Positions 20,286 through 30,833 are shown, counted from the first letter of the stretch. The stretch: DNA of 64,000 bases from an uncultured delta proteobacterium (GCA_963840855.1 CAWJBB010000087.1:1-64000); one strand, 5' to 3'. Numbers and translations are program-made. The notes: a model not told the origin generated them from the letters alone.

Positions 20286-22526
20286 TCAATCTTCAATTTT
20301 CTTCGCATAAACTTCACGCGGTTTGGCGCCGTCCGCGGGACCAACCACTCCGTCCCGTTCCATCTGCTCGATCATCCGCGCTGCGCGATTGTATCCTACC
20401 CGTAATCTACGCTGAATCATAGAGATGGACGCCTGCTGGGTTTCAGCGATGATGGCAACCGCTTGGTCGTACATTTCATCATCAATTTCGTCGGCCGCGG
20501 CGGCTTCAATATCTTTTTTGATTTCGAAGACTTCGGGCCGGTATTGAGGGCGAGCCTGCTGTTTGATGAAGGTCATGACTTTGCGCACATCCTGGTCCGA
20601 TACGAAAGCGCCGTGGACGCGGGTCAGCCGCGCGGTGCCCGGCGGCAGGTACAATAAATCGCCATTGCCCAGGAGACGCTCCGCGCCTATGGAATCAAGA
20701 ATCGTCCGCGAATCCACCCGGGAGGTCACCTGAAACGAAATTCGCGCGGGGAAGTTGGCTTTGATGAGCCCGGTAATGACATCTACCGAGGGACGCTGGG
20801 TAGCAAGGATCAAATGAATGCCGGCGGCACGCGCTTTTTGCGCCAGGCGCGTGATGTATTCTTCGATATCTCGGCCCACGGTCAACATCAGGTCCGCAAG
20901 TTCGTCAATGATGACGACGATTCGCGGCAGCCGTTCATGCACCAGCGGCGCATCTTTAGCGAGGTTGCCGCCGATTTCGGTGCTATCCTCACCTGACTCT
21001 GCATCACTGAGCTCCACCACCGGCTTTCTCGCCGCTTCTTTCTCAATGGCGCGATTATAATTGTCGATGTTGCGCGCGCCTTTGTCTCTCATTAGACGGT
21101 AGCGCCGGTCCATTTCGTCCATTGCCCAAAAAAGCGCGGCGGCCGCTTTCTTCGGGTCGGTAACCACCGGAACGAGCAGGTGTGGAATGTCCTCGTACAC
21201 CGTGAGTTCGAGCATCTTTGGGTCCACCATGATGAATTGGACGTCTTGCGGCGTCGATTTGTAAAGGATGCTCAGAATCATGGCATTGATCGACACCGAT
21301 TTTCCGGTGCCCGTGGCGCCGGCCACCAGGAGATGGGGCATACGGCCAAGATCAGTGACGAAGGGCGTGCCGCCGATGTCTTTGCCGAGCGCGAGGGTTA
21401 TCTTGGAGTCGGCGCTTTGATAGGCTTCGCTTTCGATCACTTCGCGCAGGCCGACGGTTTCCCGGCGCGGATTGGGGATTTCAATACCGACCACGGATTC
21501 ACCGGGGATTGGTGCCAATATCCGCACACTTACGGCGCGCAGCGCCATGGCGAGGTCATCCGCCAACAAAACGATGCGCCGCACTTTGACGCCCGGCGCC
21601 GGTTTGAACTCATACATGGTGATGACCGGCCCTGGGCGCACCGCGGTGACTTCGCCATCGACGCCGAAGTCAGCAAGTTTATTTTGTAAAATCAAAGAGT
21701 TGGCGTGGAGCGTGTCTTTATCGAGCTTGAACGGTTCGGCGTTCGGCAGATCGAGCAGGTCGGACGGCGGCAGTTTATAGCCCTCGCTCATCTCGGGGAG
21801 CTTAAATTGTTCCTGCGGCGCCGCCGTCTTCCTGGCGATGCGCTTGGCCGGATCCGGCTTGGGCTCTTCTTTGACGACGATGGGCGGCGGCGTGTAATCG
21901 GGCCGCTCTTTTCTGAGGTTTGCGCCTTTGCGCTTCTCGCTCTTTTCGCGCAGCGCTTTCAATTGTAAATTGATGACCGGAACAATGGAATTTTTCAGCT
22001 CCAGGGAGTGCTTGCGCGCACGTTGCCAAATGTCGAACAGCGAGTATTGGGTGAGGAGCATCACCGAAAGCAGCAGAGAGACCAACGTAATCAACGTTGC
22101 GCTGAAACGCCCGAACCAGGGCACGAGCATGGTTTCCTTGAGAAAGCCGCCCACGATACCGCCGGCGTCGCGGGCGTTTTCTGAATCGACGATGATACTA
22201 ATTAGTACGGCGATACTGATGAAAAAGACGCCGTAGCCAACAATTTTTGCGAACGGGACCGCCTTGAAACTAGGCTGGAAGAGCCTGTAAGCCGACAGTC
22301 CCAAAAATGCCGGCAGCAGATAGGCGGTGAGGCCAAGTCCCTGAAGCAAAATGTCCGCCAGGTAGGCGCCTACAAAGCCGCCCCAATTGTGGGTGCTCGC
22401 CAATCCAGACGGCGCGTTGAATGACCGGTCGCGCATGTCGAAGGTGAAGAGGCTGACCAATATCAGCAGCGCGCTGAAAGAGATCACCACGGCCCAGATT
22501 TCGCGATTGAGTCGTCCTTTTTCCAT
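20286..22526 (-). CDS. ftsK: DNA translocase FtsK
   Basis: 4TM N-terminus; PHLLVAGATGTGKS; ATQRPSVDV; IQRRLRVGYNRA gamma domain. Confidence 0.96.
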   Translation of the reverse strand: MEKGRLNREIWAVVISFSALLILVSLFTFDMRDRSFNAPSGLASTHNWGGFVGAYLADILLQGLGLTAYLLPAFLGLSAYRLFQPSFKAVPFAKIVGYGVFFISIAVLISIIVDSENARDAGGIVGGFLKETMLVPWFGRFSATLITLVSLLLSVMLLTQYSLFDIWQRARKHSLELKNSIVPVINLQLKALREKSEKRKGANLRKERPDYTPPPIVVKEEPKPDPAKRIARKTAAPQEQFKLPEMSEGYKLPPSDLLDLPNAEPFKLDKDTLHANSLILQNKLADFGVDGEVTAVRPGPVITMYEFKPAPGVKVRRIVLLADDLAMALRAVSVRILAPIPGESVVGIEIPNPRRETVGLREVIESEAYQSADSKITLALGKDIGGTPFVTDLGRMPHLLVAGATGTGKSVSINAMILSILYKSTPQDVQFIMVDPKMLELTVYEDIPHLLVPVVTDPKKAAAALFWAMDEMDRRYRLMRDKGARNIDNYNRAIEKEAARKPVVELSDAESGEDSTEIGGNLAKDAPLVHERLPRIVVIIDELADLMLTVGRDIEEYITRLAQKARAAGIHLILATQRPSVDVITGLIKANFPARISFQVTSRVDSRTILDSIGAERLLGNGDLLYLPPGTARLTRVHGAFVSDQDVRKVMTFIKQQARPQYRPEVFEIKKDIEAAAADEIDDEMYDQAVAIIAETQQASISMIQRRLRVGYNRAARMIEQMERDGVVGPADGAKPREVYAKKIED

Positions 22527-22552
22527 ATTTCACCGATAAGAAGGAGACAGCC

Positions 22553-22637
22553 GTTCAAGGTTCAAGGTTCAAAGTTCAAGGTTTCGCTGGGAGACGCCGG
22601 CCCTGGAGGTTGAACCTTGAACATTGAGCTTTGAACC
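22553..22637. repeat. Heptamer (GTTCAAG/TTGAACC) inverted tandem repeat
   Basis: Four GTTCAA(G/A) units and four TTGAAC-like units. Confidence 0.8.
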
Positions 22638-22647
22638 GAGACCTGTT

Positions 22648-24303
22648 TCAGGTCTCGATAATGTACGGGAGCACCACGGGATGGCGCTCGAGTTTTTTCC
22701 TGAAGAAGCGCCTGAGCGCCTTGCGCACTTCTTCTTGGACCTCCGCCGGGTCGGTGCGCGTTTCCCGGTTAATCTCGTTGAGCGTCTCGATGACGACCTT
22801 GCGCGCCTGTTCCAAAACCTCCTCGCTTTCTTCGGCGGCCATGAAGCCACGCGTGATCAGGTCCGGCCCGGTCACAAGATCGCCCGACTGTCGGTGGATC
22901 GCCATCACGGCGAGCACCATGCCGTCCTCCGCCAGGTGACGCCGGTCGCGAATCACCACGTCGCCCACGTCGCCGACGCCTTTGCCGTCGACAAATACCC
23001 TACCGACCTGTACCGGTTTGATCTTGCGCGCGCTGTGCGCCGTTAACTCCAGGACGTCACCGTCTTCCATGATGAAACAGTTCTCCTCCGGTATACCGAC
23101 ATCCTGGGCGAGCCGGCGGTGGCGCACCAGATGGCGATACTCGCCGTGAATCGGCACGAAGTAACGGGGCCGAGTGAGCTGGAGCATCGTCTTCAGTTCC
23201 TCCTGGCTCGCGTGGCCCGAGACGTGGATCTCGGAGACCTTCTCATAATGAACTTCTGCGCCGCGCCGGTACAGATGGTTGATGAGATTGGAGATTGTCT
23301 TCTCGTTACCGGGAATAAATTTCGACGATAAAATCACCGTATCACCGGGCACGACTTTGATGGATTTATGATCGTCCAGCGCAATGCGGTGGAGCGCCGA
23401 AAGCGGCTCCCCCTGGCTGCCGGTGGTGAGAAACGTGAGCTCATCGGCGGGGAAATCGTCCCAGCGTTCGCTCTCGGTCATGAAGCTCCGGGGCAGACTA
23501 AGATAGCCCAGTTCAGCAGCCACCTGGCTGTTCCGAATCATGCTGCGCCCGCTCAACACCACGCGCCGGCCGCAGCGCTCCGAGATATCGATGACTTGCT
23601 GAATCCTGGGTATGCTCGATGAAAAGGTCGAGACCAAGACCTTGCCCGTGCTGCCCCCGATGATCTGATCGAGAGTCGTCCCCACTTCTCGTTCCGACGG
23701 CGTGTACCCCGCGCGCTCGACGTTGGTTGAATCGGAGAGCAGCAACAGCACGCCCTTCTCACCATAGGCGGCGAAGCGCTGGAAATCGAACATCTCGCCA
23801 TCCATCGGAGTGTTGTCGATCTTAAAGTCCCCCGTGTGCAGCACCGTGCCGATGGGCGTTTCAATCGCCAGGGCGAGGCAGTCCATCAAACTATGGGTGA
23901 CCCGAATGCCCTCGATTTGAAACGGGGCGATCTTCCAGGGCTGTCCCGCCGTGATCTCCCGGGTATCGACGGTGTCTTCCAGACCATGCTCTCTCAACTT
24001 GTTGGCGAGAAGTCCCAAAGTAAGGCGGGTGCCAAAGATCGGCACGTCGAAATGCCTGAGAATAAACGGTAAAGCGCCCACATGGTCCTCATGGGCGTGG
24101 GTGAGCACGATAGCTTTAAGCTTGTCTCTTTGTTCAAGCAAGTAGCTGACATCGGGGATCACCAAATCGATGCCCAAAAGTTCGGCGCCGGGAAACATAA
24201 GACCGCAATCTATGGCGATGGCGGCGTCGCCGTATTCGACGAGCATCATGTTGAGGCCGAACTCGCCGAGACCTCCGAGCGGGATGATTTTTATCGGGTC
24301 CAT
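22648..24303 (-). CDS. rnj: Ribonuclease J
   Basis: PLGGLGEFGLN; THAHEDHVG; HTGDFK; GSQGEP; HVSGHA; PIHGE. Confidence 0.95.
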   Translation of the reverse strand: MDPIKIIPLGGLGEFGLNMMLVEYGDAAIAIDCGLMFPGAELLGIDLVIPDVSYLLEQRDKLKAIVLTHAHEDHVGALPFILRHFDVPIFGTRLTLGLLANKLREHGLEDTVDTREITAGQPWKIAPFQIEGIRVTHSLMDCLALAIETPIGTVLHTGDFKIDNTPMDGEMFDFQRFAAYGEKGVLLLLSDSTNVERAGYTPSEREVGTTLDQIIGGSTGKVLVSTFSSSIPRIQQVIDISERCGRRVVLSGRSMIRNSQVAAELGYLSLPRSFMTESERWDDFPADELTFLTTGSQGEPLSALHRIALDDHKSIKVVPGDTVILSSKFIPGNEKTISNLINHLYRRGAEVHYEKVSEIHVSGHASQEELKTMLQLTRPRYFVPIHGEYRHLVRHRRLAQDVGIPEENCFIMEDGDVLELTAHSARKIKPVQVGRVFVDGKGVGDVGDVVIRDRRHLAEDGMVLAVMAIHRQSGDLVTGPDLITRGFMAAEESEEVLEQARKVVIETLNEINRETRTDPAEVQEEVRKALRRFFRKKLERHPVVLPYIIET

Positions 24304-24359
24304 TGAATTTTCACCAACCTTACTGCCGCACCACGAAGACACCGCTCCTGCTCACGCAT

Positions 24360-24459
24360 GTTCCAAACGATCAAATCGTTCAATACGTTCAAGTTGTTCA
24401 ACGCAACCCGTACCGCTCGGACGGCTTGAACGTTTTGAACGGCTTGAACTACTTGAACC
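24360..24459. repeat. Nonamer (GTTCAANNN/NNNTTGAAC) inverted tandem repeat
   Basis: GTTCCAAAC GATCAAATC GTTCAATAC GTTCAAGTT ... TTGAACGTT TTGAACGGC TTGAACTAC TTGAAC. Confidence 0.75.
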
Positions 24460-24473
24460 GGCTGCGCCAGCAT

Positions 24474-25238
24474 TCAATGCGCCCTTTCGGTCAAATCGTT
24501 CTCATCTCGGCTATCGAGATTGCTTGTAGCGCTGCCGTTGAGTGTGAGGTTTTTTTCAACGATGCGTTGTACTTCAGTCGCCAACGCGCGCAGGGAACCC
24601 TGCCGGCGGTCCGCCATCGGTATGGGTTCGCTGACATGGACCTCGACGATGCCGGAATGCAGACGCCAGTCGCCTTTGGGCATGATTTTGTAGCTCCCGC
24701 TGATGGTCACAGGCACGATAGGCGCGCCGGTTTGCGCTGCGAGTAAAAAGCCACCGCGTTTGAACGGTTGCAGACGCCCGTCCGGACTGCGCGTGCCTTC
24801 GGGAAACACTACCACCGAGATACCGCTTGCCATGCGGGCCGCGGCCCTTTTTAAACTGCCGAGCGCGCCGGCGCTATCCTCGCGGTCCAAGATGATATGT
24901 TTTCCGGCCCACATCGCCCAGCCAAAGAAAGGAACCCAGAGAAGCTCCTTTTTCGCGATCCAGCGTAATTGAAAGTTGGCCAGGCTTTGAACCAGCACCG
25001 GGATATCGATGTTGCTCTGGTGATTCACCAAAAACAGATACTGCTGCCGCGCATCGAGGCGGCTTAAACCGCGGACTTTTATCGTAACTCCGCTCAATGC
25101 CAGGATCATCCAGCTCCAAAAACGAGTAACGCAATACACGTACTTGCCGTGAGGATCGAAGAGGCCGAAGATAACGGTTAGAAGCGCCGCCGGCACCGTG
25201 ATCGTCCAGATCCCAGCCAGCTTTAAGAAATAGAGCAT
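24474..25238 (-). CDS. plsC: 1-acyl-sn-glycerol-3-phosphate acyltransferase
   Basis: NHQSNID, AKKEL, VFPEGTRS, PFKRG. Confidence 0.9.
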   Translation of the reverse strand: MLYFLKLAGIWTITVPAALLTVIFGLFDPHGKYVYCVTRFWSWMILALSGVTIKVRGLSRLDARQQYLFLVNHQSNIDIPVLVQSLANFQLRWIAKKELLWVPFFGWAMWAGKHIILDREDSAGALGSLKRAAARMASGISVVVFPEGTRSPDGRLQPFKRGGFLLAAQTGAPIVPVTISGSYKIMPKGDWRLHSGIVEVHVSEPIPMADRRQGSLRALATEVQRIVEKNLTLNGSATSNLDSRDENDLTERAH

Positions 25239-25448
25239 CAGGATCGAATGTCGCTTTGCTTGAAACGCCGGTTTTAAAACGCAGATTTATCTTAGTTGAC
25301 GGTCGTCGAAAAAGCAATGAAACAGTTGGCAACGACGGCGGTGAGCTCTTGAAATTAGTGGGACTAAAATGATTCTGTATCAGCCAAGCGGCGGCAGAAG
25401 CTAAAATCCAAACCGACGATCCTTTTCCGCGCGGCGGAGGGCGGTAAC

Positions 25449-26726
25449 ATGATGACGAGAGAGGAGAACCAACTCCTAACGCAGACGGGGCGCGGCACAC
25501 CGGCCGGCGAGTTGCTACGGCGTTACTGGCAACCCGTTTGTCTTGCCGAAGAGCTGCCTCCAGGGGCTGCGCCTCTGAAGACAACAATTCTTGCCGAAAA
25601 TCTGGTCCTATTCCGCGACGAAGAAGGGCGCGCCGGCCTTTTGGGCATTCACTGTTCTCATCGGGGAACCGATCTGAGCTACGGTCGAATCGAAAACGGC
25701 GGGCTAAGGTGTCTCTATCATGGTTGGCTCTACGACATTCATGGGCGCTGTCTGGAGCAACCCGGAGAGCCCGGCGGTGGTAAGCACAGGGACAATATTC
25801 GCCATCTCGCGTATCCTTGCACGGAGGCAGGCGGAGTGATTTTCACGTACATGGGACCCGGACAACCGCCGCTGTTGCCCAATTATGAGTTTCTAAAAGC
25901 GCCGCCTGATCATCTTTACGTCTCGAAAATCTTTCATGAGTGCAATTACCAGCAGGCCAACGAAGGGAATATCGATCCGGTCCACCTCTCCTTTCTCCAT
26001 CGTTTTTTAGAAAACCGCGACGAAAGATATCGCGGCGTGCGCGGCGCCGGCGAGTCTCACTACAACTTGGTGGCGCGAAATATCGCGCCGACCATCGACG
26101 TCGAGCTGACTGACTTCGGTGTGCGCATCTACACGGTGCGGCAGTTGGAAGATGACAAAAAATACCTGCGCGTCTCGTATTTCATATTGCCCAACTTGAG
26201 CGCGTTCCCCGGACAGACCGGCGGTGAGGGCTATTCGGTGAACTGGCATGTGCCCATCGATGATACGCACCACTGGAAGTATACGTTCGTCTACAGCTCG
26301 AAGGCGGCGTTGCAAAAAGAGCTGGTCAGCCGGGAACGCTCCGAGCTGACGCCGAGCTACGAGCTGGTACGCAACAAGGCCAACCGTTACCTGCAGGACC
26401 GGGACTCGATGAAGACGCACACCTATGCGGGCATGGGCGCCGGCTTTCAGGCTCATGACGCCTTCGCCACGGCGAGTCAAGGGGCAGTCCAGGACCGTAC
26501 CGAAGAGAATCTAGTTTCTTCGGACAAGGCTATCGTCGCAGCGCGCAAGCTCTTGGAAAGAGCCATCGAGGACGTCCAGGCGGGACGCGAACCGCCGCAC
26601 GTCATCAGGGCGCCGGATCAGAACCGGTTTCCGCACCTACTGGTGGTCTCCGATATGATTTCTGATAACAGCGATTGGAAGGAATACACCAAAACCCTGG
26701 AAACGGAAGCGAGGGCAAGGCTCTGA
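25449..26726 (+). CDS. Rieske non-heme iron oxygenase alpha subunit (phthalate 4,5-dioxygenase/LigX-like group)
   Basis: GTPAGELLRRYW; CSHRG...CLYHGW; EGNIDPVHLSFLH. Confidence 0.9.
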   Translation: MMTREENQLLTQTGRGTPAGELLRRYWQPVCLAEELPPGAAPLKTTILAENLVLFRDEEGRAGLLGIHCSHRGTDLSYGRIENGGLRCLYHGWLYDIHGRCLEQPGEPGGGKHRDNIRHLAYPCTEAGGVIFTYMGPGQPPLLPNYEFLKAPPDHLYVSKIFHECNYQQANEGNIDPVHLSFLHRFLENRDERYRGVRGAGESHYNLVARNIAPTIDVELTDFGVRIYTVRQLEDDKKYLRVSYFILPNLSAFPGQTGGEGYSVNWHVPIDDTHHWKYTFVYSSKAALQKELVSRERSELTPSYELVRNKANRYLQDRDSMKTHTYAGMGAGFQAHDAFATASQGAVQDRTEENLVSSDKAIVAARKLLERAIEDVQAGREPPHVIRAPDQNRFPHLLVVSDMISDNSDWKEYTKTLETEARARL

Positions 26727-27910
26727 GCGAAAAATTGCGACTGGGAATGGCGGGCCTGGGCGTGGCCAGCACGCAAATTCTGCCGCCCATTTCAAAGTTG
26801 CCCTTTATCGAAATCACCGCCGCCGCTGACACGCGGGCGGACGCGGTGGCGAAGTTTCGCGAACAGTATAAAGCCGAGGGGTACGCGAGCATTGACGAGC
26901 TCTGCGCCAGCCCGAACGTCGACGCCGTTTATATCGCCACGCCGAATTCGCTGCACGCGGAGCATGCCATCACCGCCGCGAAACACAACAAACATATCAT
27001 CGTCGAAAAGCCCATGGCCATGACTTTGACAGAGTGCGACGCGATGAACGAAGCGGCGGAGAAGCACGGCGTCAAGCTTCTTTGCGGCCACACCCATAGC
27101 TTCGACCCGCCGATCCGCAAGATTCGCCAGATCGTGAAAAGCGGCGAGCTGGGAAAGCTTCGCATGATCAATACCTGGAACTACAACGAGTTCATGTACC
27201 GGCCGCGGATGAAACATGAGTTGGCCATGACTCGCGGGGTCGTCCTCAATCAGGGGCCGCATCATGTCGATATCGTGCGTCTCATCGGTGGCGGCATGGT
27301 ACGGAGCGTGCGCGCCATGACAGGCATTTGGGATAAAGCGCGCCAATGGGAAGGCAGCTACACTTGCTATCTGGAATTTGCCGACGGCACGCCGGCGACG
27401 CTTGTCTATAGCGGTTACGGTTTCTTCGATACCGCTGAATTATTCGACTGGGTCGGCGAAGGCGGACAGCACAGGGCGCCGGAAACGAATTTGAACGTCA
27501 GGAAGGAACTTCGCCAAGTGGGCAGCGCCGAAGAAGAAGAGCAGCTAAAAGAAGGGATGCGCTTCGGCGGACAGCGCGAAGGTGCGTTCAGTCATGTGTG
27601 GACCGGCGAGCGCAAGCAGCCTTTTTTCGGCTTTACCATGGTGAGCTGCGAGAAGGGTGACATTCGCCAGACCGCTGACGGTCTCAAAATCTACGGCGAA
27701 ACGGAGCAGCGCGAAATCAAACTGCCTTCAGGCAGCCGCGGCCGTGAAGCGGAAGTGGAAGAATTGTACGATGCCGTGGTGAAGGGCCGGCCGGTTTTTC
27801 ACGGCGGCCGCTGGGGCGCGGCGACGCTGGAGGTTTGCTTGGCGATGCTCGAGTCGGCCAAAGAACGCAAAGAGATTTTTTTATCGCGCCAAGTGCCGAG
27901 TCCGGAATGA
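26723..27910 (+). CDS. Gfo/Idh/MocA oxidoreductase, probable cis-dihydrodiol dehydrogenase (OphB-like); start uncertain
   Basis: GMAGLG, YIATPNSLH, EKPMA, GHTHSFD, NQGPHHVDIVR; coupled to the Rieske gene. Confidence 0.85.
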   Translation: MSEKLRLGMAGLGVASTQILPPISKLPFIEITAAADTRADAVAKFREQYKAEGYASIDELCASPNVDAVYIATPNSLHAEHAITAAKHNKHIIVEKPMAMTLTECDAMNEAAEKHGVKLLCGHTHSFDPPIRKIRQIVKSGELGKLRMINTWNYNEFMYRPRMKHELAMTRGVVLNQGPHHVDIVRLIGGGMVRSVRAMTGIWDKARQWEGSYTCYLEFADGTPATLVYSGYGFFDTAELFDWVGEGGQHRAPETNLNVRKELRQVGSAEEEEQLKEGMRFGGQREGAFSHVWTGERKQPFFGFTMVSCEKGDIRQTADGLKIYGETEQREIKLPSGSRGREAEVEELYDAVVKGRPVFHGGRWGAATLEVCLAMLESAKERKEIFLSRQVPSPE

Positions 27911-28002
27911 GCATCCTGGGGGCACTCTGCGGAATTATGGGGAATCCCGACCACCCGCTGGCGGGCGCAATGTTCGTACGATTAGGGCGCAATTAAGAAA
28001 GA

Positions 28003-29226
28003 CTATTGGCCCTGCGCTATCGCAAGGTCGTGCGGCCTCATCCCTAGCCTTTGGCCGCCGTTACCTGTGACCACTACCGTATCGCCCCAGGTGCAGATCG
28101 AGTTTCCGTCGGCCGACCGCGCCGAAGGTTTGAAGATAAAAACCATGTTCTCAGAGAGCGTTACTGCGAGTTGGCTCGGGTTGCGCGCATTGGAGGTGAT
28201 AATCGGGCCGTCGTCTCCGGCCCCGCGGCCGTGCATGGTAAGCTGAGCCGTAGCGCCGGCGGCTGGCCCCGATTGTGGAGCTACTCGCTCCGCCGTAGTT
28301 CTCGTAAGCTCGGCCAGCTCTTTGACACTGACCCCTGGCTTGAGATTCTCCATCAGCCGGTTGAAAACTTCTCTCTGTACCTTGATCAGCTCTTGGTGTA
28401 CGGGATCGGCAACTTGCACAAAAACCGGTTGAACACCCTGGGCCCGATAACCGATCCAGGAGGCCTCGACCTCGTTGATAATGAGATCGCCGCGTTCCAG
28501 GATGCGCATGCTCGGCCGGGTGAGAGTGCGCTTGGGATTTTTTCCCGAGACCCAGTTGCAGTGCACCGGTAACTCCGAGCCGTTGCGCAGTAGAGCGGAT
28601 TGAGTCTCGGCCCAAACGTCCCAGTCTTTCACCCCGGGCTGTGCCGCCTTGATCTCCGCCTGGTACGCGAGCTCGACAATCTCCATGGAGCGGGTAAGGA
28701 CGCCAATCTCTTCCTGGCTTTTCACGTAGCGTACTTCAGCCAGAATCGCGGTGGCATCCACTAATTCGGCCTGCGGAAATTCTTCGCGGATTTTCTTCCA
28801 CGTGCCGTAAAGAATCGTGCCTTCGGGCGTGCGCGTTCCCTCCACTTCGCCCAGACCGGTAACACCGATGCGCCCGCGATCGACGTTCAGCTCCTTCAAC
28901 CGCTCCACGATCACGCGTCCGTAATTTCGCCGCGCCTCGCGCAGGTCCGTGGTCCATTCCTGTACGGTTGGCCAGCGCGCCTGAGCCGTCGTGGCGATGG
29001 CGGTGACTTCCGCTTCTAAAGGAAACACCGCCGCGACGTCAGCATCTCCGCCTCCGCCGCAGTGGGTGAGATAGCGCGTGTTTGCCTGGAAGTCGGTGGA
29101 GTGGCCGGTGTTGTTGGGGGTGACGATGACATCGATTCGGTGTTGCCGCATCAGATCGCGCACCGCTTTCCAGCGGCGGTCTCTTTCAGCCAAAGAAAAA
29201 CGCGGATACGGGTAATGTTCAGCCAT
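28003..29226 (-). CDS. M24/creatinase-like pita-bread fold protein
   Basis: FSLAERDRRW, RYLT, VKSQEEI, HGRG, MVFIFKP, GDTVVVT. Confidence 0.8.
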   Translation of the reverse strand: MAEHYPYPRFSLAERDRRWKAVRDLMRQHRIDVIVTPNNTGHSTDFQANTRYLTHCGGGGDADVAAVFPLEAEVTAIATTAQARWPTVQEWTTDLREARRNYGRVIVERLKELNVDRGRIGVTGLGEVEGTRTPEGTILYGTWKKIREEFPQAELVDATAILAEVRYVKSQEEIGVLTRSMEIVELAYQAEIKAAQPGVKDWDVWAETQSALLRNGSELPVHCNWVSGKNPKRTLTRPSMRILERGDLIINEVEASWIGYRAQGVQPVFVQVADPVHQELIKVQREVFNRLMENLKPGVSVKELAELTRTTAERVAPQSGPAAGATAQLTMHGRGAGDDGPIITSNARNPSQLAVTLSENMVFIFKPSARSADGNSICTWGDTVVVTGNGGQRLGMRPHDLAIAQGQ

Positions 29227-29313
29227 GAGAACCTCCCTCAATAAATTGAGGATAGAATCGAGGATTGAGATCAAGCCGGGAATTGAGAATCGATGCCTGC
29301 GGTCCTCAAGTGA

Positions 29314-30246
29314 TTATTCTCGATCATTGATCTTCCACGTCGCTCCCCCTTCACGCGGAACGCAGAGCTCCAAGAAATTTGCTCCCGGATCTCTAACGTA
29401 AACAGACGCTGCGATGGGCGATGATATAGGGTGTTCAACCGGTCCATGAACCAGAAAGCGCCGCTCTTTGAGGAGCTTCAGAGCTTCATCCAATCTGCTG
29501 CGGCTTACCCGCAGTCCGATTCTGGGCGCGCCGACAATTTGCTCTTCAGGCGGCTCCTGGCGGTGCTGAGTGGCCAGATAAATTCCCAGGACGCCATCGC
29601 CCACCCGCAAAAAGAAATGGGTGTTGGGTCTGGGGATACGGCGCTTTTGCTCCATCACCGTGTAACGCTGGTCCCAGCGTCTTGTGCCCGGCGCCATATC
29701 CTCTTTTCCTTCGCCCCAAAGCTGCCCGCGGACATAATCCGCGGTGCGCCAACCGACCCTGTGCTCCACGGCAAGGCCGAGGACTTTTACGTAAAAATCT
29801 TCCGCCCACTCGAGGTCGTGACACTCCACGGCAGCATGATCGATACCCAAAACTTTACCGCTCGCATTGGAATCAGCGCCGGAAACTACCAACTGGACGC
29901 GATTGCCATCAAAATCATAAAAATAAAAATTGTCCCGTTCTTCTGCGGGCCGATCCTCTTTGTAGGTGTGAACAGCGATTTGGCGCGACGCCAAGTTTCT
30001 GGCGATAGCCTCGCGATGCCGAGGCGCCACACGGTAGGCTTGATGGACGCCGGTTTCGGGCAGCGATCGAGGCTCTGCGCTTTGAGAAAGGATCAGCGAT
30101 TGACCGGATGCGCCGCGGAGCGGAACGCTCGCGCCGCAGTCAGCCGCGCCGCCGTCCATGAGGTCAAAGCCCAGGATTTCGCGATAGAACTCCTCGGCTC
30201 TTTTCAAGTCCGAGACCTCAATGACAACGTGGCTGATGCCTTCCAT
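29314..30246 (-). CDS. Two-domain VOC protein
   Basis: SHVVIEVSDL...FYFYDFDGNRVQL; DHAAVECHDL...YVRDPGANFLEL. Confidence 0.85.
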   Translation of the reverse strand: MEGISHVVIEVSDLKRAEEFYREILGFDLMDGGAADCGASVPLRGASGQSLILSQSAEPRSLPETGVHQAYRVAPRHREAIARNLASRQIAVHTYKEDRPAEERDNFYFYDFDGNRVQLVVSGADSNASGKVLGIDHAAVECHDLEWAEDFYVKVLGLAVEHRVGWRTADYVRGQLWGEGKEDMAPGTRRWDQRYTVMEQKRRIPRPNTHFFLRVGDGVLGIYLATQHRQEPPEEQIVGAPRIGLRVSRSRLDEALKLLKERRFLVHGPVEHPISSPIAASVYVRDPGANFLELCVPREGGATWKINDRE

Positions 30247-30321
30247 GTGCCTGTCTCGCATAGGGCTGAAGGCTTATGGCATATAGTATGGAACAATACG
30301 CTATACGCCCTAAGCTAGAGT

Positions 30322-30789
30322 TCATCCCACGCCGGTGATGTATGGCTTGACGTAATTCACATCTTCGTCGCGCCGCCAGAGAATCTCGAGGAAATTTCCG
30401 CTCGGGTCCTTGAAATAAATCGATTGGCCGAACGGGCTCTTCTCGGGATGTTCCACCGGGCCTTCAAAGCCAATCTCCCGGCGCTTTAGCTCGTTCACGA
30501 TTTCGTTAAAGCGGCTGCGTGAGACGCGAAAGGCATGGCGAAAACCATGCGCGCCGCGATGTTGCTCTTCAGGCGGCATCGGCATGAAATTCCGCGGCAC
30601 CATCAAGGCCAGGAGATAATCCTCTAAAATGACCGAACCGTGCACGGACCTTCCTCGAATAGCATCGTCGGTCTTGAAATTAACGCGCCCGCCGAGACGC
30701 GCCCCTAACACATCGCAATAGAATTCCTCCGCCTCTCTTAAGTCGTGCACGCAGATGGCGCTGTGACTCAGGCTCTCAACATCCGCCAT
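30322..30789 (-). CDS. Single-domain VOC protein
   Basis: SHSAICVHDL...RHAFRV...SIYFKDPSGNFLEI. Confidence 0.85.
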   Translation of the reverse strand: MADVESLSHSAICVHDLREAEEFYCDVLGARLGGRVNFKTDDAIRGRSVHGSVILEDYLLALMVPRNFMPMPPEEQHRGAHGFRHAFRVSRSRFNEIVNELKRREIGFEGPVEHPEKSPFGQSIYFKDPSGNFLEILWRRDEDVNYVKPYITGVG

Positions 30790-30833
30790 GGTTTTCTCCT
30801 CCGTTTTATCTTGTGTCGTGGTCTCTCACGAGA

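Noticed and set aside
17674-25238. plsC-rnj-ftsK-lolA-rimO-dksA cluster as a novel system
   Set aside because: Ordinary housekeeping genes in a familiar type of arrangement.
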